This document shows, piece by piece, positions 25,341-36,805 of a stretch of 64,000 bases of DNA; the stretch's first letter is position 1, and every line of letters begins with the position of its first letter. The translations under genes and the position numbers were made by a program. The stretch is taken from positions 86,368,001-86,432,000 of the forward strand of contig NC_087436.1 of assembly GCF_036321535.1 (NCBI RefSeq). The letters are read 5' to 3'. Origin of the DNA: Camelus dromedarius (Eukaryota). Below the pieces are notes generated by a model that did not search any database, was not told where the DNA came from, and was given only the letters and a program-made list of their open reading frames with translations.

Positions 25341-25574
25341 GTAGATACGAGGTAAACCGAGATGGCTGGAGTTGGTGAGGATGGGAGCCAGGGTACCCTT
25401 AAAGGAGAGGGTTCAGGGCGAGTGGAGGAAGGCATTGATCAGGGGCAGCCTGGAAGGCCAAACCTTACACTCTGATGGAGTTAAGTGAAGAGTTTGGCCA
25501 AAGAATTAGGTGGGTGGCCTAGTGGATCAAGTTGTTAGATGTGGTCCATCAGGGGAGATGCTCTTACTGTGAAA

Positions 25575-26110
25575 CACCTAACTGCAAGGAACCAAAGACT
25601 CAGCTACAAGTGTCCCAAGCAGAATGGACTTCACTATCTCACTGAATATCAGGTCCACAGATAGAGTGGTTTCAGGGTCCATTCAGCCATTTGACTATGT
25701 TATCAAGGATCCATATATTTCACTTCCTGCCCTTCTACCACTCCCAGCATGTCTGCAAGCCTCTCCCCATCCCCCGCCAAGCTGCATGATGCTTGCAGTA
25801 GTTCCTGATGTGTCACGCAGAAAACCCACACCTAGCAAAGAAGAGGGCTGTTTCTTTATGTGTCTGTCTCTATTTCTTCTGGAGAAAAATCTTTCTAGAA
25901 GCCTCAAAAGGACCACCCCTCAGGTTCCATTTGTCAGACTTGTGTTATGTGATCATGCCCATCCAGTCCATGGCAAGGAGAAGAAATTACTATAATTAGC
26001 TTAAGCTAACCAATATTCATCTTCTGGAACCAGGATGAGGTGTTCCTTTCCTTGACAACGTGGGAGCAGGGTACCTAGATAAAGTCAAGTTTCTACCAGA
26101 GAGGAAGAAG
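25575..26110 (-). mobile_element. MLT1 (K/L-like) MaLR LTR
   Basis: tgttatcaaggatcca...tgatgcttgcagtagttcc...aaaatctttctagaagcc...ccagtccatggcaagg. Confidence 0.65.
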
Positions 26111-26608
26111 TGTGTGTGTGTGAGAGAGAGATTGTGTGATTGTGTGTACGCACACATGCATGCCTGTGCAGTTGTGAGCTCAAACAACAGGCAAACAACA
26201 AGCTACTTGCAGTATCTCTCTTGAAAGCGATGAGAAGGGAGAAAACTTCCCTGGAATTACACCAATAAAAATTAGCTCGCTCCTTACTCTCCAAGCCAGA
26301 GGTCTCTTTTCTCTCTGAGCATTTTCATTTTATTATTTGTTGATCCCTTTTGCCTGGAACACACCTCCTGTCCGCCTGATCTGTATCAGACCTGCCTCAG
26401 ACACCACTCTCCCATGACTGCTGTAAGCTTACTCACCAGCTTCAGGGGTTGATCATAGAGCCCTTATTCTCCAGATCTTTGTTCCCCAAACTTTTTTGAT
26501 CATGGAACCCTCCATCTACATTTTTAAAAAGAAATATCTATTGATACCATGGATCCCCATTTAGGAGATGCTCATGTCAACAGTTATTAATTCAACAGTG
26601 AATTATTT

Positions 26609-26754
26609 GGGGGGAAGTTATAGCTTGGTGGTAGAGTGTGTGCCTAGCGTGCAAAAGATCCTGGATTCAATCCCCAGTACCTCCATTAAAAATAAATAAA
26701 TAAAAACCTAATTGCTTCCCTCCCAAAATTTTAAAAATAAATAAAATTTAAAAA
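26609..26754 (+). mobile_element. tRNA-Ala-derived SINE (Vic-1 type, long-tail form)
   Basis: tatagcttggtggtagagtgtgtgcctagcgtgc...ggattcaatccccagtacctcca plus A-rich tail with aaacctaattgcttccc spacer. TSD aacagtgaattatt (26594-26607) / aaccctgaattatt (26755-26768). Confidence 0.9.
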
Positions 26755-27780
26755 AACCCTGAATTATTATTTAAAGGAAAAATAGAACCATAAAGGATAT
26801 TTTGGGGAAAAAGTATTTCCTCCTAAATATTCCCATATTTTTAGTTCCTACACCCCCCAAAATTGCTGTCTTTCATTAGACAGAAGAGAAACAGATCCGT
26901 CCTCGGCACTTCCCGAGGGCTCGTCCCTGTGGCATCCCCAGTGACTTTGCTTCCTTGGCAGGCACTGAACATGATGAAGCCCCTCCTTCCTCATTCGGAT
27001 GGTGGCAGGGCTGGGAGGATTGGCCTAATATTAAACAGAACTACATCTAGTCCTGAAATGAGTCGTGGCGAGGAGCCCAGCATTAAAGATATAAATAAGC
27101 TGCAGGTTTTCAGAAACTTGCCAGCAACCCTCTGAAACAGGAAGCAGATACTTAGAACTGTCCTGCTAACTCTCAACCATGGGCCTGATGCTCAGGTCTG
27201 AGGCTCCCTGATTGCTGGAACCACCAGCCTTGGAGCTGACTCCGAAGACACCAGGCTGAGAGGCTGCCTCAGATCCCAGGGAGCGTTGATCGGGGAAATC
27301 GCAAGATAACCCCTCCATTTGCAGGAGCAGAAGGGGGTTATAAATGTCATTCCTTTTCTGGGAGATGTGGTATCTGACTCCATTAGACTTCCAGGAGAGC
27401 TCAAAACAAACAAACAGAAAATGAAAGGGCTTAGGATAATGGAATAGGATCAGGGCTGCCACTTGAGTGTCATTGGGGAGCTGTTCCTATACACCCTGCA
27501 TTCGGTGACCCAAGCTTGACTGGCATTTAGAACTATGCTGCTCACATGAGGAAGGCCTGGAATAAGTATCTGAAACTCTGCTGCAATCGAATTCGGCTTC
27601 TTTGCAGGAGTTGGTGGGGGGACGGTTCAACTCGGAGAGCCATTAGTTTTGTGTGAAAAGCCATTATAGATAAATACAGCCAATACAGTTAAAACAGATT
27701 CCTTGTATGAAAACAAATAATAAACAGTCAAAACTGAGCCGATGGCGTATTTAGTCAAGCAATACGTATATATTTAAAAA

Positions 27781-27946
27781 TTTTTTTATTGAAATGCTGT
27801 TGATTTACAATGTTAGTTTCAGGTGTGCAGCAAAAGGATTATACATACACACACATATATATATTTTTTCTTTTCAGATTCTTTTTCATTATATGTTATT
27901 CCAAGAAATTGAATATAGTTCCCTGTGCTATACAGTAGTTCCTTGT
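27781..27946 (-). mobile_element. Cetartiodactyl-type L1 extreme 3' end
   Basis: Poly(T), gttgatttacaatgttagtttcaggtgt, and ttgaatatagttccctgtgctatacagtag. Confidence 0.9.
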
Positions 27947-28067
27947 CAAGCAAAATACAGTCCGGCAGTATTTGATACCATAAAATTCCTATCCAGTAGA
28001 AGACTGGGGATCATTCCTTAGAGTTCATGGTGATCAGAGTCAAGTCTAGGAGGCAGAACTCTGAATT

Positions 28068-28420
28068 TTATCATTCAATAAGAAAATATTTGTCAAGCAC
28101 TATGTGCTGAAATACACAAAAGATGTGTCTCTCCTATTCTTCAAAATCTTAACATCATCACAGACACATAGAAGTTAAATAATGATTTAAATAACAGAAC
28201 AGGAGCACATGAGAAGTCACAGATGCTGTCTGAGAAATTTGAGTGTGTGTGGGTTAAGACATTCATGGGTGGGTTAAATTACATTGAAGTGGAGTGACCT
28301 GTGCAGGCCTCTGAGAGAAGGTGGGACTTCAGGTGGGGCTTGAAGGTATTTAGGATCTGGATAGATGAAGAGGAAGAGAAGGGAGGGTTTAAAAAAAAAA
28401 AATGCAAGGAATATCATGTG
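28068..28420 (-). mobile_element. L2 LINE fragment
   Basis: tcattcaataagaaaatatttgtcaagcactatgtgct...gaaggtgggacttcaggtggggcttgaagg. Confidence 0.6.
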
Positions 28421-28544
28421 TGAATAGTGTTGTTTATATTGGAGTTTTCATTGACCCACATGCCCATCCACTTTTGGTCACCTGCCTGAAAAGCATAATT
28501 ATTGTGGTCTTCTTTTTATTGCTGTTCTAAAAGTTTTTCATAAT

Positions 28545-28677
28545 TTTTATTTTAACTGTCTTATTGAGGTACAACTGAAATGCAACAAACTGCACACATT
28601 GTAAGTGTATCATTTGGTAAGTTGTGACATAAGTATACAACTCTACAGTCAACACAGTGAACCCATCCACCACCCCT
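28545..28677 (-). mobile_element. L1M 3' terminal fragment
   Basis: ttattgaggtacaactgaaatgcaacaaactgcacacatt...catccaccacccc. Confidence 0.75.
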
Positions 28678-28834
28678 ATTAAAAAATTGTCATCTTTTCA
28701 AATAGGAAAGCCAGGTGCATGACTTCAAGATACTCATTCCACTCGGATTCTTAAAGCTAGTTTGTCTCCCTTCTCTGACATGAGGGCCCCTTCCTCCCAC
28801 CGCAGAACAGAGGTTTCCTGTTTTAATAGTCATC

Positions 28835-29055
28835 AAAGGAACCTCCCTTCGTTGAGGGCATTTGGCAGTCTGGAATTGTGCTTATTTCTTTATTATTCCT
28901 AAGGATAATCCCAGTGAAGTAGGTATGAACTTTATTCCCATTTCAGAGACAGAGAAAGCCAACCTTAGGAGATTAGTCCCTTGCTCCCGTCTAACAGTCA
29001 GTAGATGGCCAAGCCATTGTCAGATCTCAAGGCTGCATGTCTTTCAGGCACATGC
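28835..29055 (-). mobile_element. MIR SINE
   Basis: gtgaagtaggtatgaactttattcccatttcagagacagagaaagc. Confidence 0.65.
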
Positions 29056-29222
29056 GCATAGGTATGTACTCTGAGACCTTCAAAAACGTTTTCCAGGGCA
29101 AAGGATCCTGCCAGCCTGGCACACAGGACAGGAGGATATAGAGGATCTAGTTTCCAGTCATTGAATCTTGACCATGGTTAGAACCGTGAACTCAGGTTGG
29201 CTTATTCAGCTTTCAAAAATGT

Positions 29223-29725
29223 CAGTTTACATTCCCTCCAGGAGTGCACAAGGGCTCCCTTTTCTCCATATCCTTGCCAACTCTTGTTATCTCTCTGATA
29301 ACAGCCATCCTAGCAGATGTGAGATGATATCTCATTGTGGTTTTATTCACATTTTCCTGATGATTAATCTACACTCTCATGCTCATTTCAAATTATTATG
29401 CACGATAGCTGAGATGTGGAAATGTGGAAACAACCCGAAAGTCCATCAGTGGATGAGTGGAGAAAGAAAATGTTACATGTATAAAGGAATATTACTCAGC
29501 TTTAAAAAAAAAAAAAGGAAATCCCAATCCTGCCATTTGCAACAACCTAGATGAACCTGGAGGACATTATGCTAAATGAAACAAACCAGACACAGACAGG
29601 CAGTTACTGCGTGATCCCGTTTATACATGAGATCTGAAACAGTCAAACTCATAGAAGCAGAGAGTAGAGTGGTGGTTACTGGGTGCTGGGGATTGTCAGT
29701 TATACCTCAGTAAAGCTGGAAAAAC
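29223..29725 (+). mobile_element. 5'-inverted L1 (L1MA/MB-like): antisense 29223-29368 joined to sense 29369-29725
   Basis: Antisense ORF2 C-terminal piece (gtgagatgatatctcattgtggtttt) abuts a sense ORF2 end and 3' UTR (gatgaacctggaggacattatgctaaatgaa...tatacctcagtaaagctggaaaaa). Confidence 0.8.
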
Positions 29726-30529
29726 AGGCTGTGACTTCACTTCTGCTCCTGCAGAAGGGCTGTGATGGTCCTGACTAGGAGTGGGGTAAAATACCCTCTC
29801 TCTGCTGCTGTCCCTGCAATCCTGCCTGGTCACTCATCCTTTCCTAAGACTCAACCAGGATCTCTCGTAACTGACAGCAGAAGCATATCTCAGAAAGAAG
29901 AAAAAAGATGGGCACCTTGCTCTCAAAATCTCCCCTCCTGGCCTCCGCCACAGCGGGGAAGGCGGGCTCTGCACCGATTGCTGCTGTATAAATGTCCTGT
30001 CAGGCTGTTTATACTCACAGTGCATTTTCTTGGCTTCCCCAGCTCTGTTAATTGCCCCTTTGAAGGGATGAAAGCCAGACTGCAGAGACACCAGTGTTTA
30101 TCACGAGTGATTTTCCAGGGATCCCCGTAACAGCAAGGGGCAGCTCCTTTTCTTCAGAAGCCAAGGCATTGCTGCCTCAAGCCTGGGCCCAACTCCTGCT
30201 CCTGCACCAGCTCCTTTTGAAGGAGAGGGCTTCTGATTCCCAGGAAATGGCTGATTCTTCCTCATGGGCTCTCACCCAGAAACTTGTATGAAGTTGCAGT
30301 TCACGATGTGAAATGCCTGTATTGGGTGAATGCTTCTTTGGTCGTGTGTTTCTGCATCACAGTATCCCATCCTCCTAGCCCTTCTGGACAGTCTTTCATC
30401 TAGCCTCTGAGTACTGATCTTGCCCCTGCTCCTTCCTCCCAGCAGTGTTCACTCCTGTGCTTAGATATTTCTTTGTTCAAGTCTGCATATATAAATATTC
30501 AGGGAGGATGTTTAAGAGTATCTATTTGC

Positions 30530-31652
30530 ATGCTGGAGAGGGTGTGGAGAAAAGGGAAGCCTCCTGCACTGCTGGTGGGAATGTCAATTGATGTAGCCAC
30601 TATGGAGAACGGTATGGAGGTGCCTTAAGAAACTAAAAATAGAGTTGACATATGATCTGGCAATCCCACTCCTGGACATATATCTGGAGAAAACTCTAAT
30701 TTTAAAAGACACATGCACCCCAGTGTTCATAGCAGCACTGTTTACAGTAGCCAAGACATGGACACAACCTAAATGTCCATTGACAGATGAATGGGTAAAA
30801 AAGATGTGGTACAATGTGGTACAGTGGCATACTACTCAGCCATAACAAAGAATGAAATAACGCCATTTGCAGCAACATGGTTGGACCTAGAGATTAGCAT
30901 ACTAAGTGAAGTAAGTCAGATAGAGAAAGACAAATATCATATGATATCATTTGTATATGGAATCTAAAAAAAAATGATACAAATGAACTTATTTACAAAA
31001 CAAAAAGAGACTCACAGACAGAAAATAAACTTATAGTTACCAAAGGGAAATGGTGGGTGGAGGGATAAATTAGGAATTTGAGATTAACAGATACACACTA
31101 TTATATATAAAATAAACAACAAGGACCTACTATATAGCACAGGGAACTATATTCAATATCTGTTTTTAAACATTTTTTTATTGAGTTATGGTCATTTTAC
31201 AGTGTTATGTCATTTTCCAGTGTAGAGCACAATTTTTCACTTACACATGCACGTACATATATTCATTGTCACATTCTTTTTCTCTGTGAGCTACCACAAG
31301 ATCTTGTATATATTTCCCTGTGCTATACAGTATAATCTTGTTTATCTATTCTACATATGCCTGTCAGTATCTACAAATTTCGAACTCCCAATGTGTCCCT
31401 TCCCACCACCCTCCCCCGTGGCAACCACAAGTTTGTATTCTATGTCTATGAGTCTGTTTCTGTTTTGTATTTATGTTCATTTTTTTAATATTCAATATCT
31501 TGTAGTAATCTATAATAGAAAAGAACCTGAAAAGAAAATATATATATATATATACACACACACATACACATACATACATACACACACATACAACTGAATC
31601 ACTTTGTGGTACCCTTGAAACATTGTAAATCAACTGTACTTCACTCAGTCAA
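30530..31652 (+). mobile_element. Cetartiodactyl-type L1 3' ~0.8 kb (ORF2 C-terminus and 3' UTR), split by a nested L1
   Basis: ORF 30645-30845 YDLAIPLLDIY...CTPVFIAALFTVAKTWTQPKCP...EWVKKMWY is the L1 ORF2p C-terminus. The 3' UTR resumes at 31488. Confidence 0.95.
31162..31487 (-). mobile_element. Younger L1 3' end nested antisense in L1
   Basis: T-rich tail at left and perfect 13-bp TSD atattcaatatct (31149-31161 and 31488-31500). Confidence 0.9.
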
Positions 31653-31664
31653 TCAATCGATACT

Positions 31665-31874
31665 GTACTGTTTTCCATAGTGGCTGCCCCAATTTACATT
31701 CCCACCCACAGTGTACGAGGGTTCCCTGTCCTCCACATCCTCACCAACATTTGTTATTTGTGTTCTTTTTGATGATAGCCACTCTGGCAGGTGTTGAGGT
31801 GGTATCTCACTGTGGTTTTGATTTGCGTTTCCCTGATGATTAGTGATATTGAGCATTTCTTTTTGTGCCTGTTG
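31665..31874 (-). mobile_element. L1 ORF2 C-terminal fragment
   Basis: ggtatctcactgtggttttgatttgcgtttccctgatgattagtgatattgagcattt. Confidence 0.9.
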
Positions 31875-32019
31875 AGAAGGACCCTTCTTTTAAGGAAAGT
31901 GCTATATGTGTAAAGATAACTAGAATATAGGAGAAAACGTGACAGGTTCTTAAGAGAGACTCAATGTAATATAGGTGTTCAAAGGAGGAAAGAAGGTGCC
32001 TAACTGGAGAGCAGCAGCA

Positions 32020-32201
32020 GAGGTGTGTTATTTAAGCATACTGCAGATACCATATTATTTCGTTTTCACAGTAACCCCATTAGATACAGAAATTAAGGCT
32101 TAGAGATATGAAGTAACTTAATCAAAGTCACACATTGAGCAAGCAGTAGAACAGGGATTTGAACTCCAGAAGCCTGGCTCTTAACCACACTGCCATCCTG
32201 C
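32020..32201 (-). mobile_element. MIR SINE, flanked by L2-like sequence
   Basis: agaaattaaggcttagagatatgaagtaactta...aagtcacaca...gggatttgaactcca...ctcttaaccac. Confidence 0.8.
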
Positions 32202-32347
32202 AGAAATGGACTTGGAGCTGGCCTTTGGAAGCTGAATGAGATTGATTGGTAGAGTTGGGAGAGGGCCTTCCTCATTTGGAGAACAGGAAGAGAACACAGT
32301 AAAAAACATGTAGTAAGGATATTGTTAAAAGCATCCCTAAGGAAACC

Positions 32348-32605
32348 CATTCATTCATTCAGTATTTTTTAAAGAAACTTTTGTGTACCAGGCATCGTGC
32401 TGACTCAGAGGAGCTATCTGGGTACAAACAGAGATCCCTGCCCTCCTGGAGCTTATGTCCTAGGATGGAAAGATAAATGATAGAAGTGTAGTATGTTAGA
32501 GGGTACAGAAATAGAGAAGTGCAGCCTGGTGAGGAGGAGTTGGGAGTACAGGGTGGGGTGGGGTCAGCGGCAGTTTAAAATAAGACGGTGAGGGGTTGGC
32601 TCATC
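32348..32605 (-). mobile_element. L2 3' end
   Basis: cattcattcattca tail, tgtgtaccaggcatcgtgct and tccctgccctcctggagcttat. Confidence 0.8.
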
Positions 32606-32859
32606 CGTCACTGCTCCCTCTAACTCCCCCTTCTCCTCCTTTCATCCATCTGTTTATCCATCTATCACACCAGACTCCGAAACTATGGAATTCTTGAGGT
32701 GGCATCTTAGGACAGATCCTTCCTGCTGCGCTGACAATTCCAAGCTGCTGGAACAGCCTTCAAACCAGCCTGGGAGGCGTTGCAAGCTCCAAAGGTTGTG
32801 ATCCGAGTCCAGGGCTGAGCGTGGTCGCTGATGTTTCCTGCTCTCCAGGCCAAGCCGGG

Positions 32860-33290
32860 CTTGCTGCCTTCCTGTTTACCACATCCCACTTTGCCTCCTT
32901 CTACACAAGAGGGTCAGCTGCTAGGACGAGGCTGGGGACGAGCCCTCCCTGGGCTGTGCAGCCAATAGCTTTGTGGCAGAGCGCCCCTCCAGCTCAGGGA
33001 GGCATCAGAGGAATGCAGAGTGTGACTTAGGAAGGGGAATGCAGAATTCCACTAAAGAAATACAACCCGTCCGCAGCACCCTGGCCTGGATTCCACAGTA
33101 AACAATTCAGACCGAGAGTAGGACACTGAGGGGATGTGTGGAGAGAGATGCTGTCTCAGAGCAGGGACTGCCCCTTAGAGCACCGCCATTAAATGACCTG
33201 GAGCAAAGCTGACTGCTCCAGGGGAGGGTGTGGGGTGAATGCAGAGTGGGGGGCTCTTTCTAACGACTCGGTAACAAGAATGCGGAGGAA
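32860..33290. promoter_or_regulatory. Candidate enhancer (TEAD-like and forkhead motif cluster)
   Basis: Repeat-free. GGAATG at 33010 and 33036, GAATGC at 33237 and 33278, TGTTTAC 32873, GTAAACA 33098. Confidence 0.3.
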
Positions 33291-34023
33291 CTTGGTTTTG
33301 GTCTAGACAAGCAGCATGTGGGTGCACAGAAGGTTAAGGCAAGAGAAGGTGACTTCTTTAGTCCTTCGTCACTTAGTGGGGGTGTCACCCCACTGGCATA
33401 TCACTGCACACACTAAAAGATAGTCTTCTGACTTCCAGCAGAGTAAGGAATCAAACCACAGACATACGTCAACACAGTGTCCTCCGTGGCACAGTTCTTT
33501 CCCAATGGGCCCAGATGACCTCACCCCAGTGTTTCCCAGCCAGACTTCATTATTTTTTTTAGGGAGGAAGTGAGCATATGAGGATGCTGTGGGCTGGTTC
33601 AGATAATGTTAAGATTAGATGTTGAAAATTCACAAAAAACTAAGGGCCTTTGTTAGTCAGATATTGTTTAATTTCAAAGACCTGAAGACCCTTCACACTG
33701 GTTTAAATGAAAAAGAAAAAGGAGGTTGGGGGGTGAGGACATATCTGTGGAGTGGTATGGAGGCATCACATGTACCTGGGGTTAGGGGAGAGCCCGGCTT
33801 CAGTGGCGCCTGGAACAGGTAGCCCTGAGCTGAGCTCTCTCTCTGCACATCTGCCTCCTCCTTCTCTCTGTGAACTGGCTTTCCACTTCCCCGTGTACAT
33901 GCAGATCCAGTCCTGGCTTCACGTGATGCTCAGTTCTCTCGGGCACCAACCAGGATCTCTGGATTCCAATTCTAAATGCCTGTGGGGCAGAGTTGGCCCA
34001 ACTTAATTCAGCTGTTTAATCCG

Positions 34024-34544
34024 TCTTTTTTCTTTTTAATTGAAGTATAGTTGATTTACAATGTTGTGTTAGTTTCTGATGTACCGCAAAGTGATTCAGT
34101 TATACATATATATATATGTTCCTTTTCATATTCTTTTTCATTATAGGCTATTACAAGATATTAAATGTAGTTCCCTGTGCTATACAGTAGGACCTTGTTG
34201 TTTATCTGTTTTATATATAGTCATTTGTATCTCCTAATCCCAAACTCCTAATTTATCCCTCCCCTCACCATTCCCCTTTGGTAACTATAAGTTTGTTTTC
34301 TATGTGAGTCTCTTTCTGTTCTGTAAATAAATTCACTTGTATCATTTGTTTTATATATAACTGATATTATATGATACTTGTTTTTCTCTGACTTACTTCA
34401 CTTGTATGATCATCTCTAGGTCCATCCATATTGCTGCAAATGGCATTATTTCATTCTTTTTTATGGCTGGGTAATATTCCATTGTGTGTGTGTATATGTA
34501 TCACAACTTCTTTATCCAGTCATCTGTCGATGGACATATAGGTT
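34024..34544 (-). mobile_element. Cetartiodactyl-type L1 3' end
   Basis: ttaattgaagtatagttgatttacaatgttgtgttagtttc...tctctaggtccatccatattgctgcaaatggc. Confidence 0.95.
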
Positions 34545-34769
34545 AAACTTTCTTTAATTAGATGAAGCCAGAGAGAACTAGAGTTAATTTATTACAAAAA
34601 TGGCCACAGAAGTCCCCAGAAAGGAGATGTAGGGCAGAAGTGGAGAAAGGGGGAAATTTTCTGAGAAAAGGGTTTAGTTGGGCAGTTATTCTGGAAAATG
34701 ACTCCTGCAGAAATAATGTCTACCAACTGGAATAATGTTTCCTGAAATGAAACAGATTCAGTACTATTG

Positions 34770-35773
34770 ATTAGAATACAGGTGTGGCCACTGTAACGCA
34801 CACCCTGCTTTAAAGAACATGAGCACTTCTTTAACTTCCCCTAATGGTTATAGCACAGACAGACCAGCTGGGAGAGGGCGACTCCCCAGTGCCGGGATCG
34901 CGGGAGGCAGCCTCTGAGATGGCTCCCAGTGATCCTCTCCTCCCGGTTTCCATGCCCTTGTGTAATCACTTCCCCTTGAGTGGAGGCTAGACCCAGTGAC
35001 TCCCTCTTAACAAACAGTACACGGCAGAGGTGATGGGATGTCACTTCTGAGGTTGGGTTACAGAAGGACTGCCTTCTGTTCTGCTGTCTCTCTCTCTTTC
35101 TCTCTTGCTTACTCTGGGGGAAGCCAGCTGCCATGTTGTGAGCTGCCCCCCAGAGAGGCCCCCATAGCCAGGAACTGACATCTCAGGTCAGCATCCAGCT
35201 GGGACCCGATGGCGGCCAACAACTGCATGAGTGAGCTTGGATGGATCTCACCCCAGTTAAGCTCTGAGATACAGCAGGCCTGGCCAACACCTTGGTTACA
35301 ACCTTGGGAGAGACCCTGAGCCAGGGATCCAGCAAAGCCCTGCCCAGATTCCTGAGCCAGAGCAGCTGTGAGATTATAAATGCTTGTTACTTAAGCCACT
35401 ACATTTTAGGGTGAATTATTATAGAGAAAGAGAAAATACAGGTACCAGGCTTCTTCCATCTTGTTTCTCTGCCATCCTTGGGTGGCACCCCCATCCACAT
35501 GATACCAGAAACTCACCATCTTGCTCGAATCCGAACCAGCAGGAAGCGGGGAAGGGAATGGGAGGGCACACCTCCTGTTGTTCGGGGCGTAATTCAGAAG
35601 TTGCACACATCACTCTCCCTCACACACCATTGGCCAGAACTTTGTGCCTTGGCCACCCTCAGCAACCAAGGAGGGTGGAAGGGGCGGCCTCATGCCCAAG
35701 TGAAAACTGAGGATTCTATTCCAATGAAAGAACAAGAGAATGGATACTGAGGATAATTAGCAGTCTTGCCACA
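34770..35773 (-). mobile_element. MLT1J-like LTR split by an MLT1F-like LTR
   Basis: Left arm ttagaatacaggtgtggccactgtaac (weak match); right arm ccaggcttcttccatcttg...cagaagttgcacacatcact...ccattggccagaact...gcagtcttgccaca. Confidence 0.65.
34899..35440 (+). mobile_element. MLT1F-like MaLR solo LTR
   Basis: aggcagcctctgagatggctcccagtgatcc...gggaagccagctgccatgttgtgag...taagccactacattttagggt...aataca. Confidence 0.9.
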
Positions 35774-36367
35774 AGTCCCACGCCCAGGTTTGTTTGCTTT
35801 GTGTGTGTGATGAGATTATAGCCATATCTCTATGGTCCACAGAGGCTGGGGTATGTAGAGCATCATGAAGAGTCCAAGAAAGTGAAGATGGAAGCGACCA
35901 CCAGAGACCTAGCTCAGAGCCTGCACAGCAGTCAGCAGGTGCATGTTTGCGGGAGGAATTCATGAACCAGAAACCCAGGCCCCGCCTGTTATTTCTCCGG
36001 AGTCACACAACGTTGTATCTAGCAGCAGAGCCATTACAAACTTCACGTCACCACGAGCTCATCCCTTGCTGTGTCACCTGCGGGTGTTCAAGGTATTTTA
36101 ATTCAATTGATGCCAGGTGAGAAGAGAGAGGGGTGGCCTCTGCTGTGATTTCCCACAGGGAAATGAGTATGTAAGGGTTGGTCCTATCTGTGAGTTTAGT
36201 TAAAACATGTTGGGATTTTTTTCCTTTTAAAGGCATCACACTGACAAAGCCTTTTTTTCTTGGAAGGTTGTCTCTATACCAAATTAGAATCCTGGCCCAC
36301 AGGAAACACCCAGTAAGTGTTAAGTGAAATTATGGGCTCCATTTCTTTCTAGTAATTACTGAATTTC

Positions 36368-36805
36368 AGAGGAGACTTCTGTCCCCGCTGCCACTCTCTG
36401 TATCCACTCTCTCATTTTTCGTTTAGTAACAGAACTCCTGTGTTTCATGGGCGTGTTGGTGCCTAGTTACAAACCATATTATCCAGCCTTACTTGTGGCC
36501 TTGTGACCACTTTTGGGCCAAGGATATGTGAAACGAAGTTACGTGGTCACCACGGGGGGGATCCCTAACCAGTGAGAAATGGTGACAGTGGCATTGGAGC
36601 AGCATTCTTGGACCCAGAAGTGGAAGCCACATTTGATAAGAGCAGAGATTCCAAGCCTGGTGCATGGATGAGCTCGTGGAGTAGAACCGTTGACACCCAA
36701 GACCACTGCTTCACTCCGGACTTCTACATAAGAGATAAACAAGCCTTCATCTCACGTAAGCCTTTGTACTTGAGGTTATTCTTTTCTACTTAAATTAAAC
36801 ACACA
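36368..36805 (+). mobile_element. MLT1J-like LTR
   Basis: tttagtaacagaactcc...cagccttacttgtggcc...ggagcagcattcttggacc...gagataaac. Confidence 0.7.

Noticed and set aside
30645..30845. ORF resembling a real protein
   Set aside because: It is a decayed L1 ORF2p C-terminal fragment, not a host gene. The same applies to 5167-5364, 31653-31856 and 50665-50886.
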